A DNA stretch of 63,163 nt, filler included, from Octopus bimaculoides (taxonomy: Eukaryota), in assembly GCF_001194135.2 (NCBI RefSeq). It is 7 parts of 7 records of this genome, joined end to end, with 100 filler letters (N's around TTAATTAATTAA, not from the genome) between each part and the next. Parts side by side here need not be neighbours in the genome. Positions count along the whole stretch, not along the records: positions 1 to 30,089 come from NC_068983.1; 6 more parts are not named here. The stretch is one strand, 5' to 3'. Every line of letters starts with the position of its first letter. The first letter of the stretch is position 1. This document shows positions 12,948 to 26,404 of this stretch, in pieces. The notes below the pieces were generated by a model that was not told the origin of the DNA, made no database searches, and worked only from the letters and a program-made list of their open reading frames with translations. Both the position numbers and the translations under genes were made by a program.

Positions 12948-13050
12948 ATTGGAGCCTGGTGTAGCCATCCGGTTGCACCAGTCCTCAGTCAAATCGTCCA
13001 ACCCATGCTAGCATGGAAAGCGGACGTTAAACAATGATGATGATGATGAT
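12948..13050 (+). mobile_element. Short 3' end of the RTE-X-tail repeat with (GAT)n tail
   Basis: Reverse complement of the first ~100 bp of 5503/53492. Confidence 0.7.
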
Positions 13051-13923
13051 GATATATATATATAATGTATGTATATATACACACATATGTGTATATATAA
13101 ATAAATATACAGACATACATATATATATGCATATATGTATGAGCTTGATTTCTTTCATCATATCAAAACATGTATATAATGTTTTTTTCTTGATCACTTT
13201 TCTATACTTTATGAAATTTATGTTCCATATAAATATATTTGTAATGCATTCAATTTTTGATGAATGCAAATTGGCTTTGCAGCTTCTTCTTTTTAAGTAT
13301 ATATTTCTTATAAATTCCAACTTCTACAAATGTTTGTTTTTATCATGTATATATATAATATATATATATATCCACAAACACACATACTCACATAGATATC
13401 TGTTATTACATTTCTCTATTTATGTGTGGATATTTCATATGCATCCATTTCATTTTATGCTTATCCTCTTCTATATATGTGTATATTTGTTACCACATTT
13501 ATATATAAAAATATATATGAAAATTTTTAATACATCCATACTTATATGTGAATATTTGTTAAAGAACCTTTTAATATATATGTGTATATCTGTATAAGTG
13601 TTATAACTGTTACATATCAAAATATATGTACGTTTGTTATATATATATCTCTAAATGTTTTGTGTGAAAATATGTAAATGGCGATGACAATTTTGATGAC
13701 AATTATGATGACAATGAAGAAGATAAAAATGATAAAGACATATAATGTATAGATACTGCTTTGATGTTCAGTCAGAGTGAGTGGAATCTTTCTCAAGTTA
13801 TAGAAATGATAGAACTGACTCTACACATCCACCAACATGTACATATATGTGCATATATCTGTACGTTTATACATACACACACACACATATATATATATAT
13901 AATGTATATATATATATATATAA

Positions 13924-13963
<40 letters not shown>

Positions 13964-14224
13964 NNNNNNNNNNNNNNNNNNNNNNNNNNNNNNNNNNNNN
14001 NNNNNNNNNNNNNNNNNNNNNNNNNNNNNNNNNNNNNNNNNNNNNNNNNNNNNNNNNNNNNNNNNNNNNNNNNNNNNNNNNNNNNNNNNNNNNNNNNNNN
14101 NNNNNNNNNNNNNNNNNNNNNNNNNNNNNNNNNNNNNNNNNNNNNNNNNNNNNNNNNNNNNNNNNNNNNNNNNNNNNNNNNNNNNNNNNNNNNNNNNTAT
14201 ATATGTATATTTATATATATATAT

Positions 14225-14373
14225 CAGCAATGGCTCACATACATTCCATTCCCTTGTTCCATCAAGACATTTAAATCGGCTGTTGACATTTTTACGCTAA
14301 CACCGATATCGTTCCACTTTTGAAGATCCACTTTTTATAAACAACACGCAAGCAGTCACGTATTTCGTCAGTT
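14225..14373 (+). promoter_or_regulatory. Probable OS9 proximal promoter / 5' UTR
   Basis: Non-repetitive, locally CpG-containing sequence directly upstream of the ATG; TSS not determinable. Confidence 0.35.
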
Positions 14374-14538
14374 ATGGCTTCGAATATCAACATATCTATA
14401 TTACCGCACGTCGCGACTAGACTATTTTTCCTCATTTTATTTGATGTAGCTGTTGTTATTGCCTTTCTCGATATCGACGAACTCAAGTCGGTACATTATG
14501 GTATTGAGATATCGAAAGAACCAATTTTATTACCTCAG
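14374..14538 (+). CDS. OS9: Protein OS-9 (ER lectin of ERAD), first coding exon, 55 aa, phase-0 donor
   Basis: Signal-peptide-like hydrophobic stretch followed by FLDIDELKSVHYGIEISKEPILLPQ, matching the recalled human OS9 N-terminus SLNLEELSEMRYGIEILPLPVMGGQ; ends at the consensus donor CAG|GTAAGT (14539). Confidence 0.8.
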
Positions 14539-14793
14539 GTAAGTGAAAATATCATGCTCATTTTCCTTTCTCCGTATCTCAGATATTGTTTTCTAGTTCA
14601 CGCTGTCATCTTAGCAACAGTAAAACGGCTTGTGTTTGTGCTTGAATTTATCTTGTTACACATGCACACACACACACACAGACAAAATACTATCGTATGA
14701 GGAAATAAGTGATGAAATGGGTCGGTAAAATCAGTTGATACAGGTAAAACACCAACTTTCCAGACAATAATGGAACCTCTTATAATCTGTACT

Positions 14794-14990
14794 AATTTAC
14801 AAGTAGGAACTCCAAATTCCTGTGGCTGCCAGACCAGTTAACTGGTACCTTGCACAGTACAACATTGGTAATAAACTGGTCAATTTGTATTAATTTACAA
14901 GTAGGAACTCCAAATTCCTGTCGCTGCCAGACCAGTTAACTGGTACCTTGCACAGTACAATATTGGTAATAAACTGGCCTCATTTGTAGT
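14794..14990. repeat. 98-bp tandem duplication (2 copies, few mismatches)
   Basis: aatttacaagtaggaactcc at 14794 and 14892. Confidence 0.85.
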
Positions 14991-15830
14991 AATGTACAGG
15001 TACCTGTATTTCATTTAATGTTTATTTAATTTAAAATGTGTTGGCTAAGCTGACTACCTTTGGTTCGTTGGAACCAAAGGTTCCGGTTGTACCTGTGCAA
15101 TTTGTAAAATGAAATAATGTACGAGGTGAAGTGATATTTTTACAGTAGAGGCCTTTGGAAAGTCGAAATCTCGCTCACAGCACACAAACTTACACTACAA
15201 ATTTTAGTACACTTTCACAACACACCAATGCAGAAAAAAAAACATTAAATTTCTACGGACACTTGACACACTTTGTGTATTAATATATAGCGAATTTTTG
15301 AATATATTTAGCGAATTTTTGAAAATTTTTTTTCAGAATCGGAATCTCCATAGCCTAAAACGTTTAATTCCGTAAAAAAGAAAAAGAAAAAAATAATAAT
15401 AAGGAGGGAAAAAGGTTCAGATTACATATAATCCATCTGGACCTTTAGCGAATAAGAGTGGTCTTGTATTTATTTTGTTTTATCTTTCACCTATGATATC
15501 ACACACGGAGACAGAATTGCATATATGTTTCCTCATAGCCACCTTTAGTGATGGCCTTGATCTGGGAAAGTGTCGTTAGACGGTGTTCAACGTTAATGTT
15601 ATTAATAATACATGTCATAATGTAAACAGTATTACATGTCCGGACGTAAACGAAAACTTTTGTGCTATCAAATATAATCCGGATATGCATTTCTGCTCAA
15701 TTCACGCACACATACTTCTAACCACAAGTGGATTGAGCACTTCTGTCTATTCCTTTCTATTACAAGATAAACAAAAACAACGTGCTCTCTCTCTGTCCGT
15801 CTTATATATATATATATATATATATATATA

Positions 15831-16076
15831 GGTAATCTTCAAGTTTAGGGGGATAAAAAAAATTAAAAAAAATATTCAAGGGATATAACTGAACGACTTA
15901 CCAGTATTATCCGTTTTCTTCTAGCTGTTTATAAATAAATCACACCCTAACGTCAATCAAATCACGTGTGTGATTTATTTATAAACAGAGATGTACGGAG
16001 AATACTGGTAAGACGTTCAGTTACTTCCCTTGAATATTTTTATTTATTTTTTTATCCCCTAAACTTGAAGATTACC

Positions 16077-16077
<1 letters not shown>
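15831..16077. mobile_element. Foldback MITE, ~110-115-bp TIRs with 22-bp spacer, inserted in (TA)n
   Basis: GGTAATCTTCAAGTTTAGGGG...AAATCACAC / GTGTGATTT...CCCCTAAACTTGAAGATTACC(G); TA flanks suggest a Tc1/mariner-type target. Confidence 0.8.
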
Positions 16078-16079
<2 letters not shown>

Positions 16080-16132
<53 letters not shown>

Positions 16133-16300
16133 AATATATGAGTATATGCATATATATGTACATACCTTCATCTACATGTACATATAGATACATATCTGGG
16201 TACATGACGTTGCAAAAAAACGTAAACAAAATGATAAACAAGGTACAAAAACACGCAGGCCACATAACGTGTTCTCCTGATGATCACCTGTGGTTTTAAG
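16080..16300 (-). mobile_element. Unclassified dispersed repeat (copies at 29043-29240 and 29811-30060)
   Basis: Shared tgtaccttgtttatcattttgt...catgtacccagatatg...catatactcatatatt, followed by (TA)n. Confidence 0.7.
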
Positions 16301-16427
16301 CATCTAATTGCACTTTGAATATACAACATAGTTCCAAAGAGCTTATAATGGTGAAACGTACGTAGGAACAAATATAAACTTGTTTTTATCATTATTTCTC
16401 TCTCTCTCTCTTTCCCCCTTCTCTGTT

Positions 16428-16461
<34 letters not shown>

Positions 16462-17399
16462 ATATATATACATATGCAAACTCTAAATACAGACTAGGCG
16501 AACGTACATTCATATTGTTTACATTATTTTGAGTGGAATAATTCTCTGTATCAAAATCATTATTAAAAGGATTTTTTTATTATTTACCACGTATTTACAA
16601 GTATGAAGTATATAAATAACAATTATGTATATGGATATGCTTGCTGTAGAAATCAAATATTGATTAAATAAGTTTTATGTGTAGATTGTCTATAAGAAAT
16701 GGTACTGATTGAGGAAATGTATGTTCAAATCCATTCGAGTCGCAATAATGTTCTTTTTGCCTCTGACACCGTGTTATCTAAAAATACAATTAAATAGTGT
16801 AAATATTTTCGGCATAACTACAGAGTTGTACCCACCAGACTTTGGAAGATAATAACTTTCAGAAAAATGAATATTTTTTAATGAAATTTTCTATGCATAT
16901 AGTATTTATTATGTAGATTCCGAATATCCATATTTTCAAGACATTAATGTATGATTTGAGGAAGATTAAGGCGCTATTTCTAGTTAGCCTAGTGACTACT
17001 TAGAGGAACCCTCATTGGCTCTAGGTTTATTATTATTTGTGCGTGTGTGTGTGTGTATGTTTATATACGTATGTGCCATTAGATCATAAATCGCTGAGGT
17101 ATTTACCTTGTCTAAAAGTACATACGCATAACATTATCTATAACTATCCCTTCGACATTAATTGATCACTTAATGATTTTTACACGTAATTAGCATATAT
17201 GCATAGTGTAGTTCGTATAATAGATTGTTATGCGGTATGGAAGGTGTATTTGATAGAATTTTAAATTACTGTAGCAGATGTTTATATTCATAATAATTAT
17301 ATATTTGAATGAGTGTGCTATGTCTGTAGCTAGTAAAAGTTGTTTTTCAACTAATAGTTTACCTTTGGGAAATAATTTAACCCTTGGATAACTAAATGC

Positions 17400-17810
17400 T
17401 ACTTGTCTGGTCGATAGAGCTTAAGGAAAGTGCTCTTTACTGTATGTTCCGGCTTTTTACACTCCAAATTCAGATTTCACAGAGGTCAGCTTTGCCTTTC
17501 ACCCTTTCAGAGTCAATAAAATAAAGTACCAGTCAAGTACTGCTATCGATGAAGTCAATAATTGTTGGGCTTGTGTCTAAATCAGAAACCATTATTGTGG
17601 ATTGGCAGAATCAGTAGAGCGTCAGACGAAATGCCTTACAGCTTTTAGTTGCGGCCGTTTACTTTCTAAGTTCATATCGTGCCGAGCTTAGCTTTGTTTT
17701 TCTTCCTTTCGAAGTCGATAAAATAAAGTACCAGTCAACTACTGGTGTGGATATAATCAACTATTCTTTCATGGTAAATTTCTGGCGTATTCCAACGTCA
17801 GAAATTATTC
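17400..17810 (+). mobile_element. Two tandem degenerate tRNA-SINE copies
   Basis: ctttgcctttca...ataaaataaagtaccagtcaa occurs twice; similar pair at 20495-20910. Confidence 0.65.
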
Positions 17811-18646
17811 TTATTGACAGATGAGTAAGGTAGGATATTCCCCAGATCTTTGAAGGCCTTCACACTGGTGAGGTCAAGGCTGTTGATGTTTTGTTTGAAT
17901 TTCAATTGATCGATATCTTGTATCATTTTAATCATAAGTTTATGGTATCGGATGTCACAAGCCGCTTATAGTGATTTCTGTCAGTCTATGTGCTACTGTT
18001 TAATTGTGTGATGTCAATTACGCGACGTATTTTACATTTAGTTCTGCAAACAGAGCCTAATTAAAGTTAACCGTTGCCCTTTGCACAACTCAATAACTGT
18101 GCCCTATTGATCTTTTTGCTATTTGATTGATAAACTGTTATGGCAAAGTGTTGAATGTCAAGTACTAACTAGATTAAAAATTCAGTTTTCTTTTTCCAGG
18201 CATGATCCTCACAAATACATTAAATATACCTGCTATTTAAGTTCAAATTGCAGCAACCAATATAAGCCAATGATTTTACTTACAAATAATGCATATTTCC
18301 AATATTTTATTATTCATAAAAAAGAAATACTGTGTCATTGTCTATCATTTACATAGACCCGGTACCGAGGGGCAGGGGACAAAAACGCAAAAAAACAAAA
18401 AAAACAAACAAAAATAACAACAGCTGTAGTGTTTTCTTCCCTTGTTGCCCTAAGCACATGTTTAGAATGTTTAACTGTGTTAATCTGTGTCTTATTGCAA
18501 ACTGAAATATGCAGTATTTTAACACACTTGATGTTGCATGCAAGTGCCAACGATGATACTTCTGTGTGGTCGCTCGGCCTGTTAGAAAAAATATCCAAAT
18601 CTCTTCCCAAAGTATTTATTTTTACCGCGTTGAATCATAATCCTTG

Positions 18647-18722
18647 ATACAGTATCTTAAAATGTTCACCAAACTGTTGCGTCATACAGTATCTTAAAAT
18701 GTTCACCAAACTGTTGCGTCAT
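18647..18722. repeat. Perfect 37-bp tandem duplication
   Basis: atacagtatcttaaaatgttcaccaaactgttgcgtc at 18647 and 18684. Confidence 0.9.
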
Positions 18723-19357
18723 AGGCCTAAAGTAGTTATGTGGCACACATAGTTCACCTCAGATTTGATATTATTGTTGGGCAACCACGGTGATAGACGC
18801 ACGTACACACACACACAGCTTTGCTTTATAGAGGAAATCATCCATCTACTTAATATTTCTAGCTGTGACCAACTTACCATCATTGTTGAGAAACTGCGTG
18901 CAAATGTATAAGGATTTAGAAACAAGTAGTGTTCATGTTGTCAGGTACCAGATTGGGCCTCATCGTGCACACCTTTGATCAAAGGGTTCCAACCACAACC
19001 ACCCCCTCTTTTTTTTTTCCTGACATAATGTATTTAGTACTGCATTATCCAGTGTGTTTTTTCTTTCTTAAGACCGTAGCGTGTGAGTTGAGGAACACTT
19101 GGCTGCTATTTTTAGCAAGTCGAGCAACCCTATAGAAGTTCTCCCGTTGCTGGTTTGTGTTTGTATTTTAATCCTTTAGAATGTAGTTATTTATTATTTT
19201 TCTTTTACATTAATTTGTATATCGTGACTGAAGTTTTCTTCAGTATATTTGCTTTAATTGTATTGTTTTGTTGTTTTGAGGCGTTGCTGTTGAAATAGCA
19301 TAAACTTTGACCGATCTCCTATTTTGTAAACCAAACACTAAATATAAAACAAACGTA

Positions 19358-19400
<43 letters not shown>

Positions 19401-20999
19401 GTCTGATATTTGTTCCCCTCTCTGATGATATACAAATTTTCTCACATGTGGTCGAATTTACATATGCACACAGACTAGCGTACACATCACTGTCTCACAG
19501 CAAATTAATGGAAATTGAATATCTTGTCGCTAGGGACGTGAAGACCACGTAGGATTTTAGACTGGCCTGACAAATAAGACACGAGCCGTGTGTGGATGTT
19601 TTCATACACAATTAGCCAGTGAAAAGCTATTTTTAATAAATACGCACATAGCTATTCTTATATATTTTAAACTCTTATACCATTTATTACTTTGTCTTAC
19701 ATTTATTATCGCTATACATCCTTAATCGCATATTTTAACCGTTTATTTCATCTACGCATACGCTACATATACATTTCTACTGCTTTGGCTTCATACCAAT
19801 ATAGGCGCTCAGCTTAGGCTAATAACATCATACCTTACATTTTAGCTTCTGTTGTTACACTCAATATAACATGCGTTTTTAACTTCTGCTACAAACAATC
19901 TATAGTTCATTGTAACTGCTTTGACGACACATCAGAAGCCGACACATGGAAGCCGCTTATTGCGATAGAGCTTCTTAGATAAGAATAACTGGCTGATAAC
20001 ATTAAGCAGAAGATATAACAATATGCAGAGCATGTTTGGGACCCATTAATTTTGGTTATTATCAGCAGCTCCCCCTGTATTTTCAGTCAATCTACTTTTT
20101 GGTGCGGAAATATACAAGTTTAAAATAAATTGATGGTCATTTTTATAACCTCCTCTTCCCCTTATTAACAATATCACTTTCACTTTCTTCAATTTTCACA
20201 GTAACTTTAGACCTCTAGCCACATCTTAATTGTTCAGTCTAATACTGTCCTTTGCAATACTTGCGATTGTTGCCAGTGTTGAATGCACTTTTGTTTGACT
20301 TGGTTGGGTTGTGAGTGAAAAGCACACCTTTTTTGTTTTGCCATTCATGTACTTACGGAGCAGTAGTCATTATCACAGCTATTTTATATCTGTCAGTTTC
20401 CGAATTCTGATTCTACGATTAAATAGTACTCTTACCTGGAAATAGTACTAGATTGAAAAGTATCTATTGCCATTATGTGATAAGGGATGGTGTCAAGCTT
20501 GAAGAATTGTTAGTGCTCTAAACAAAATGCTTGGTGGCATTTCTTCTGACTGTATGTTCTGGGTTAAAATTCTGCAGAGGTCAGCTTTGCTTTTTGTCTT
20601 TACGAGGGCATTAAAATAAGTACCAGTTAAGTAATGGGATTGATGAAATTGACTAACTCACTCCCCTGAAATTACTGGTCCTGTGCTAAAATTTGAAACC
20701 ATTAAGTGACAAATGGTAGATTGGCACAACTTTAGAGTTTCAGACAAAATATCTTGTAGTATTTCTTCCAGCTTTTCACGTTCTGATTTCAATTCAAGCA
20801 GAAGTGTACTTTGTCTTTCATACTTTTGGGTCAATAAAATAAAGAATCAGTCAACTACAACTAAACCCCATCCTTGCTAAAATTGATGAGTTTGTGCCTA
20901 AATTAGAAACAGGTCATATTTAAGTTATTTCATCTTTCATGTATTGCTATCAAATGTTGCCAAGCAGCCATTGTAGTAAACTGGACATATGAATTTTAC

Positions 21000-21830
21000 A
21001 TCAGCCAACAGATTCAGTATTAGTTTCTCACTCCAACAAGAGTAGTCCACTGGATATCTCTGATTTTTCTTGTCTCTTGGTCAACAGTGAACAGAATGCC
21101 AAGTTGGTCCTTAGAGGCCCCCAATCAGCTTGTACCCTCTTGGCAGAATCCTTAGCCTCCTTACTGGATATGGCTCATGATTCCACTGATATGAGAGCTT
21201 GGCGACATCTGTTTCTATTCCCTTCACAGACCTTATGAGGCAAAAACCTAAACTTATCATTTTTCACAGTTCAACCTCTACTGGTCCGCTTGCCAAACCC
21301 TTTTCTGATATCATGAGCAAAATGCTTAAATCTGCCATCATTAACAAACTGTTGGATTAAAATGTAAATATGCAGTGCAGCTTCTTTCATTTGGCCACCT
21401 CTTCATTCCCTGCAGATATGTCCTCCTGAGAATGACTTCAGTCTAAGCTTTCTCCTTTGTCACCTGATATAGGCCACCCAATACACCATTGCCTGGTTCT
21501 GAATCCATCTCAGTCAGCAAGAAAGGAGTCTGTGACATAATCTTTTCATCACCAAACACTTCCAAACCCATTTTATTCCTTGTATGACTAAATTTATCAA
21601 GATTATTCTTTCAGATCATACTAAGAAATGCATAGACATTTCTTGCTTAATAAAATTCAGTGGGGATAGCTATCCCATTGCTGTTGGCAGTGTATACCGT
21701 TATTTAGCCACAAATGTTGCACTCCACCCTTATGTCATGGCCTCTACAATTCTTTCCTTTCTGCTCATTTAGTTGTTTTGGAACTCCATCCGGCTGTGAA
21801 ACTACTGTTCATACAGCATGCTAACTTATT
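21000..21830 (-). mobile_element. Possible highly degraded APE-endonuclease LINE remnant
   Basis: Minus-strand fragments ANSNGIAI, RNVYAF and EVFGD appear in the order of APE motifs but are riddled with stops; weak. Confidence 0.25.
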
Positions 21831-24193
21831 TGTCAGAGTTCATAAATAAAAGTCAGTGTCAAGCTGTTTGTAAAGAAAGCATTTACCTCAGTCAGGTGGG
21901 ATACTATTTTTAAATATGCTGTAGACAGGCTGCCATTATTATTTAATTAATGTATGATTTATATTCTTGTCCATCTGGTCTTTTCTACATCAACCATAAA
22001 ATTCCTTCTCAATGTCATATATAACAAGGAGAATTCTTGGGTCCCATATTTTTTCATTTGCTTTCACATCTGGGGCTTAGTATACGGTACATCGTTGATA
22101 AGGTTGTAGGTGGCAGTTCTCTTAGTGTCTTAGAAATCCCTTATTAAGTGACTTTCTTTTGAAGCTTTCTTTCAAGCATAACAAGGTTAAAGGCGAGCTT
22201 CTCTTTTTAAATTACACATTCAATGCTTACCTAAAAAACAATATGTACCAAAAACTTTGAACTGGATTCTACTTGGTGCTCCTTTTACACTTGACACTTG
22301 ATTTCCTTTAATTAATAGCAAAATATCTTCTTTTTCACTCATGCTTGATTATCTTAAAAATATTGGATCACATCAAGCATTTCCCCTACTTCCAAATAGC
22401 TTAAGTCTCTCTGACAGGATGCACCTTCTTACTCCAGCCTGTCCAACTAAACAGCCATCTGTCTGTCCAAATATTTCATTTTGATATAGGACTGTCACCA
22501 ATGCCAATCTGTGTGATTTAGGTTGGGTACAGCTTGCTTACCATTAATATATAGAGGTCTAGGATTCTATTTGGATCTTTTCTGTTTGGCTACCAATTTC
22601 CATTCTCTTAAATTCCTGCTCAAATTGATTTCATATTTGGTGTAATGATATGGTTTTATATGTGAACCATTGCTTTGGAATTCATCTTTGCAATAAATCA
22701 GTAAATAAAGAGTTACTAGCTTTTAAAGCCACAGACACAATCATGCCTGTTTCCATAGTAACAAGCCAAGCATAAAAACCTCGTCTTCAAGAAAGCATGT
22801 GTTGACAAATATATTCCACTCATTGAGGTGGAATCGGCCTTAAATCATGCACCAAAAACTTTTTGTTTTATTTTTGGATAATCACATGAACCCCTGTGTG
22901 TAGAATACAAATCCACAAACATTTTCTGAAAATTCCAGAAAATAAAAAAGCTATGAAGGGTGATGTGGTGTGTGTAAAGCAGAATTTGATTTGTTTACAG
23001 CTGACAACACATGCTGTCATACAAAAAACACAGCTTCCAAATCCTGTTTTCTGACTGGGTGAAAATGATCAAACTTTAAACTTCTATAACTTTTTTAAAA
23101 ACATTTTCTGGAAAAGTGAAATATCTCCTGAGATTCATCTTGGAAAACTACATTAATGTACCAAATTTTAAAATTTTCAATGAACTTTGAAGTTTCAAAA
23201 TTTGGCAGCCAAGCTGAAAAGATCTTCCTGTTTTTCATTTGACCTCACTTTACCATGTTTTCTGTCTTCTTTCTGTACTTTATCCACTCTGATTAATCAG
23301 TTTAAGTCTTCCGCGATAGATTAGTCATTGAGAGCACACTATCAAAGTTGACTTTTGTCCACTGGTCTATTCCTGATCAGATGTGAAATAGAAATTGTGG
23401 AATGATATTACTTATAGAAACACAGGTATTGATCACTTTGACAGGTCTAAACCAAATATTATGACTTCATTCCTTTTGAAGTAAAACAAGTATCTGATCT
23501 AAGATGCAATAGTTGCTGATATTTTTTCTTGATTCTATATAATCAAATGCACAATAATCTCAGATTCTGCATGCTGAAAAATTGAAATTCCAAAAATAAC
23601 CTCATCTATTTGGTCACTTCACATCTCAACTGATTGTGTGAGATTAGTGGTAGTTGTGGATCCTTCATTTCCTAGTTGGGGGTGAAATTGTTAAAGGCAC
23701 TGGATGATCACCTACATAGAGTATACCACCACCACCACCACCATTGCTATTGCCATTATACATCCACTTTTCCATGCTTGCATGGATTAGACAGGATTTG
23801 TTGAGGCAAACTTTCTATGGCCAGATGCTCTTCCTGCTTCCAATCCTTACCTTTTTCCTGGCAAGATATTTACTCTTTTCAGGAAAGCCTGAAAACGAAC
23901 AACATCGCTTGTATAACAGTAATACTTGTTTACAACCATTACATTTAGCAAGGTAGTGATTATCAGTGTTGGATTGATTGGCTCACAATATTTATTCCAA
24001 ATATCTATGCTCTCTTTTAATCCTACCAAGATCAGCTTTGCCTTTCATCTTTTTGGGGTTGATAAAAAGCACCAATCCAGAATGGTGAGCTGGTAGAAAT
24101 GCTCTTTGTTTTCAATTCTGGCTCTAAGGAGATGAGGTAGCAGAATTGCTAGCGTGCTGGACTAAATGCTTAGTGGCATTTCTCCTGAATATG

Positions 24194-25438
24194 CTAGAGA
24201 TATTTTTTAATCCACATCATTAACTGGTTATATTATTGCTGTTATTTCCATTCAGAACAGGTTTGAACATTTTAATATGCCATTTTTCTTTTATCTTTCT
24301 TCCAACCTCACTTGTGTTAGATAGTTTGTGGAAAGGAAAAATTAGAAACATTTTCTGACCACATGTCTCTCTATGTTTGCTCAATGGAATTTGGCAAACA
24401 TGGTGTTCCCGATTTGTTGTCTGTGGACTCTTGAGCATTCCGATAATACATTCCCTGTCTTGCCTATATATAATTCCTCGCAGTTAAAAACAATACTACA
24501 ATCAGAACTGATATTTATTACAAAAGCACAGATACACACCAGTACCTAAATTTCAAATCATACTGCCCAACATACAAAATGCAACATCCCACACTGCCTT
24601 GCTAGGAAAATATGTTCTATAGTCGATGGTTCAAATACCAGAAACACACAACTTATAGAACTCAAAAGATTTCTGCTCAAGCAAAATTACCCTCTCCTAC
24701 TTATAGAAAATAGCATACTACGAGCAAAAGAGATACCTATAGGACATCTTGGAGCAACACGATAAAGACGAACCCATTGAAGAAACATAATACCATTTCT
24801 AGTAACACACATTTGCATCACCAACACATTTTTAACATCATCAAAACAAATTTGCCAATCATAAAACAAAGTGAAAAATTAAAAAAACATAATAACTGAT
24901 CAAACACTTATCTTAAGCAAAAGGCAACCACATAACCTAAAGAAACTGTTAGCAAATGCAAAATTCAACATGAACAAACAGGGTAAAACATTCACAGTAT
25001 CTAAGTGTAATGATAACAGATGTAGAACATATCAATACATGTATACGGGTAGATCCATTAGAACAAAAAAATGGACAGATTTTCACAAATGCAGATATGA
25101 ACTGCAAAAGCAGAAATTCGATCTGCTGTATTAAATGCCCGAATTGTGAGGATTTATATATAGACAAGACAGGGAATGCATTTTCAGAATGCTTATGAGT
25201 CTACAGACAACAAATCCAAAACACCAATGTTCGCCAAATTCCATTGAGCGAACATATACAGACATGTAGTCTGAAAATATTTCTAATTTTTCCTTTCCAC
25301 AAACTACATAACACAAGTGAGGTTGGAAGAAAGATAAAAAGAAAAACAGTTTATTAAGATGTTCAAACCTGTTCTGAACAGAAATAGCAGCAATAATATA
25401 ACAACCAGTTAATGATGTGGATTATAAACTATCTCTAG
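24194..25438 (+). mobile_element. Penelope-like element remnant: RT thumb + Cys linker + GIY-YIG endonuclease, with inverted copy of its 3' end at the 5' side
   Basis: TDIYYKSTDTHQYLNFKS..TKCNIPHCLARKIC, KQNYP, KRQPHNLKKLL, KCNDNRC, NSICCIKCPNCEDLYIDKTG, MFKPVLN; 24194-24438 is the reverse complement of ~25189-25438. Confidence 0.85.
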
Positions 25439-26034
25439 TATATAAATATAAACAAATTACAGAATATCAGTATGCTTGGCAAACCATGATGGTTAAGAGC
25501 ATGTGGATTGGTCAAAAAGGTATTCTAAAAATTCAGTTTGTTGGAGTGTTCTAAGAGGTTCTAAAGTTGTCAAGAACTCTACTACACATTTGAAATCTGA
25601 TGACTATACTATGTATGAAAGCACTAAATTAATTTTAAGAGCATTACAAAATGATTTTTTTAATGTTAAAATACCATAATAAAAAACACGAAAACCAGTC
25701 CATGTTTTAGTTTTATTCAACTGATATATATATAATCAAAAGTTATTGTATATCATATCCTCTTTTGCTGATTATAATTTACTTGTTATTGTTGTTGGCC
25801 ATGAGTTTTATGGTAGGGTTATAGGTGATTGTATCAACATCAATATAGTATTTAATTAACCTCCCCCTCCCTGGTTGAATTTGAATCAGACTGATTTTCA
25901 ACATAGGTGTAAATTCACAAATTTTTGTGGGAAGAGTATATCAATTACATAATTTGGTATGTCTTTCACTTTTTAAGAGAGTAGAATGTAATTTGTGAGA
26001 TGTTTGGCTACTACATTTAACTGGTTGAGTTACT

Positions 26035-26404
26035 ATGTTGTTGTTGGCACTCCGTCGCTTATGACGTCGAGGGTTCCAGTTGATCCGATCAACGGAACAG
26101 CCTGCTCGTGAAATTAACGTGCAAGTGGCTGAGCACTCCACAGACACGTGTACCCCTCAACGTAGTTCTCGGGGATATTCAGCATGACACAGTGTGACAA
26201 GGCTGACCCTTTGAATTACAGGTACCACAGAAACAGGAAGTAAGAGTGAGAGAAAGTTGTGGTGGAAGAGTACAGCAGGGTTCGCCACCATCCCCTGCCG
26301 GAGCCTCGTGGAGCCTTAGGTGTTTTCACTCAATAAACACTCACAACGCCTGGTCTGGGAATTGAAACCGCGAGTCCGCTGCCCTAACCACTGGGCCATT
26401 GCGC
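26035..26404 (-). mobile_element. Full-length tRNA-derived SINE with RTE-like (CAA)n tail
   Basis: Minus strand gcgcaatggcccagtggttagggcagcgg...ggtttcaattcc (A/B boxes), ending ggagtgccaacaacaaca; homologous to 36130, 54069 and 58752. Confidence 0.85.

Noticed and set aside
18199-18356. Strong acceptor ttttctttttccag as OS9 exon 2
   Set aside because: Phase 0 gives an immediate stop and the other frames show no OS9 similarity.
25597-25632. CTGATGA...GAAA downstream of the Penelope remnant
   Set aside because: Stem II needs two bulged bases and stem I does not pair.
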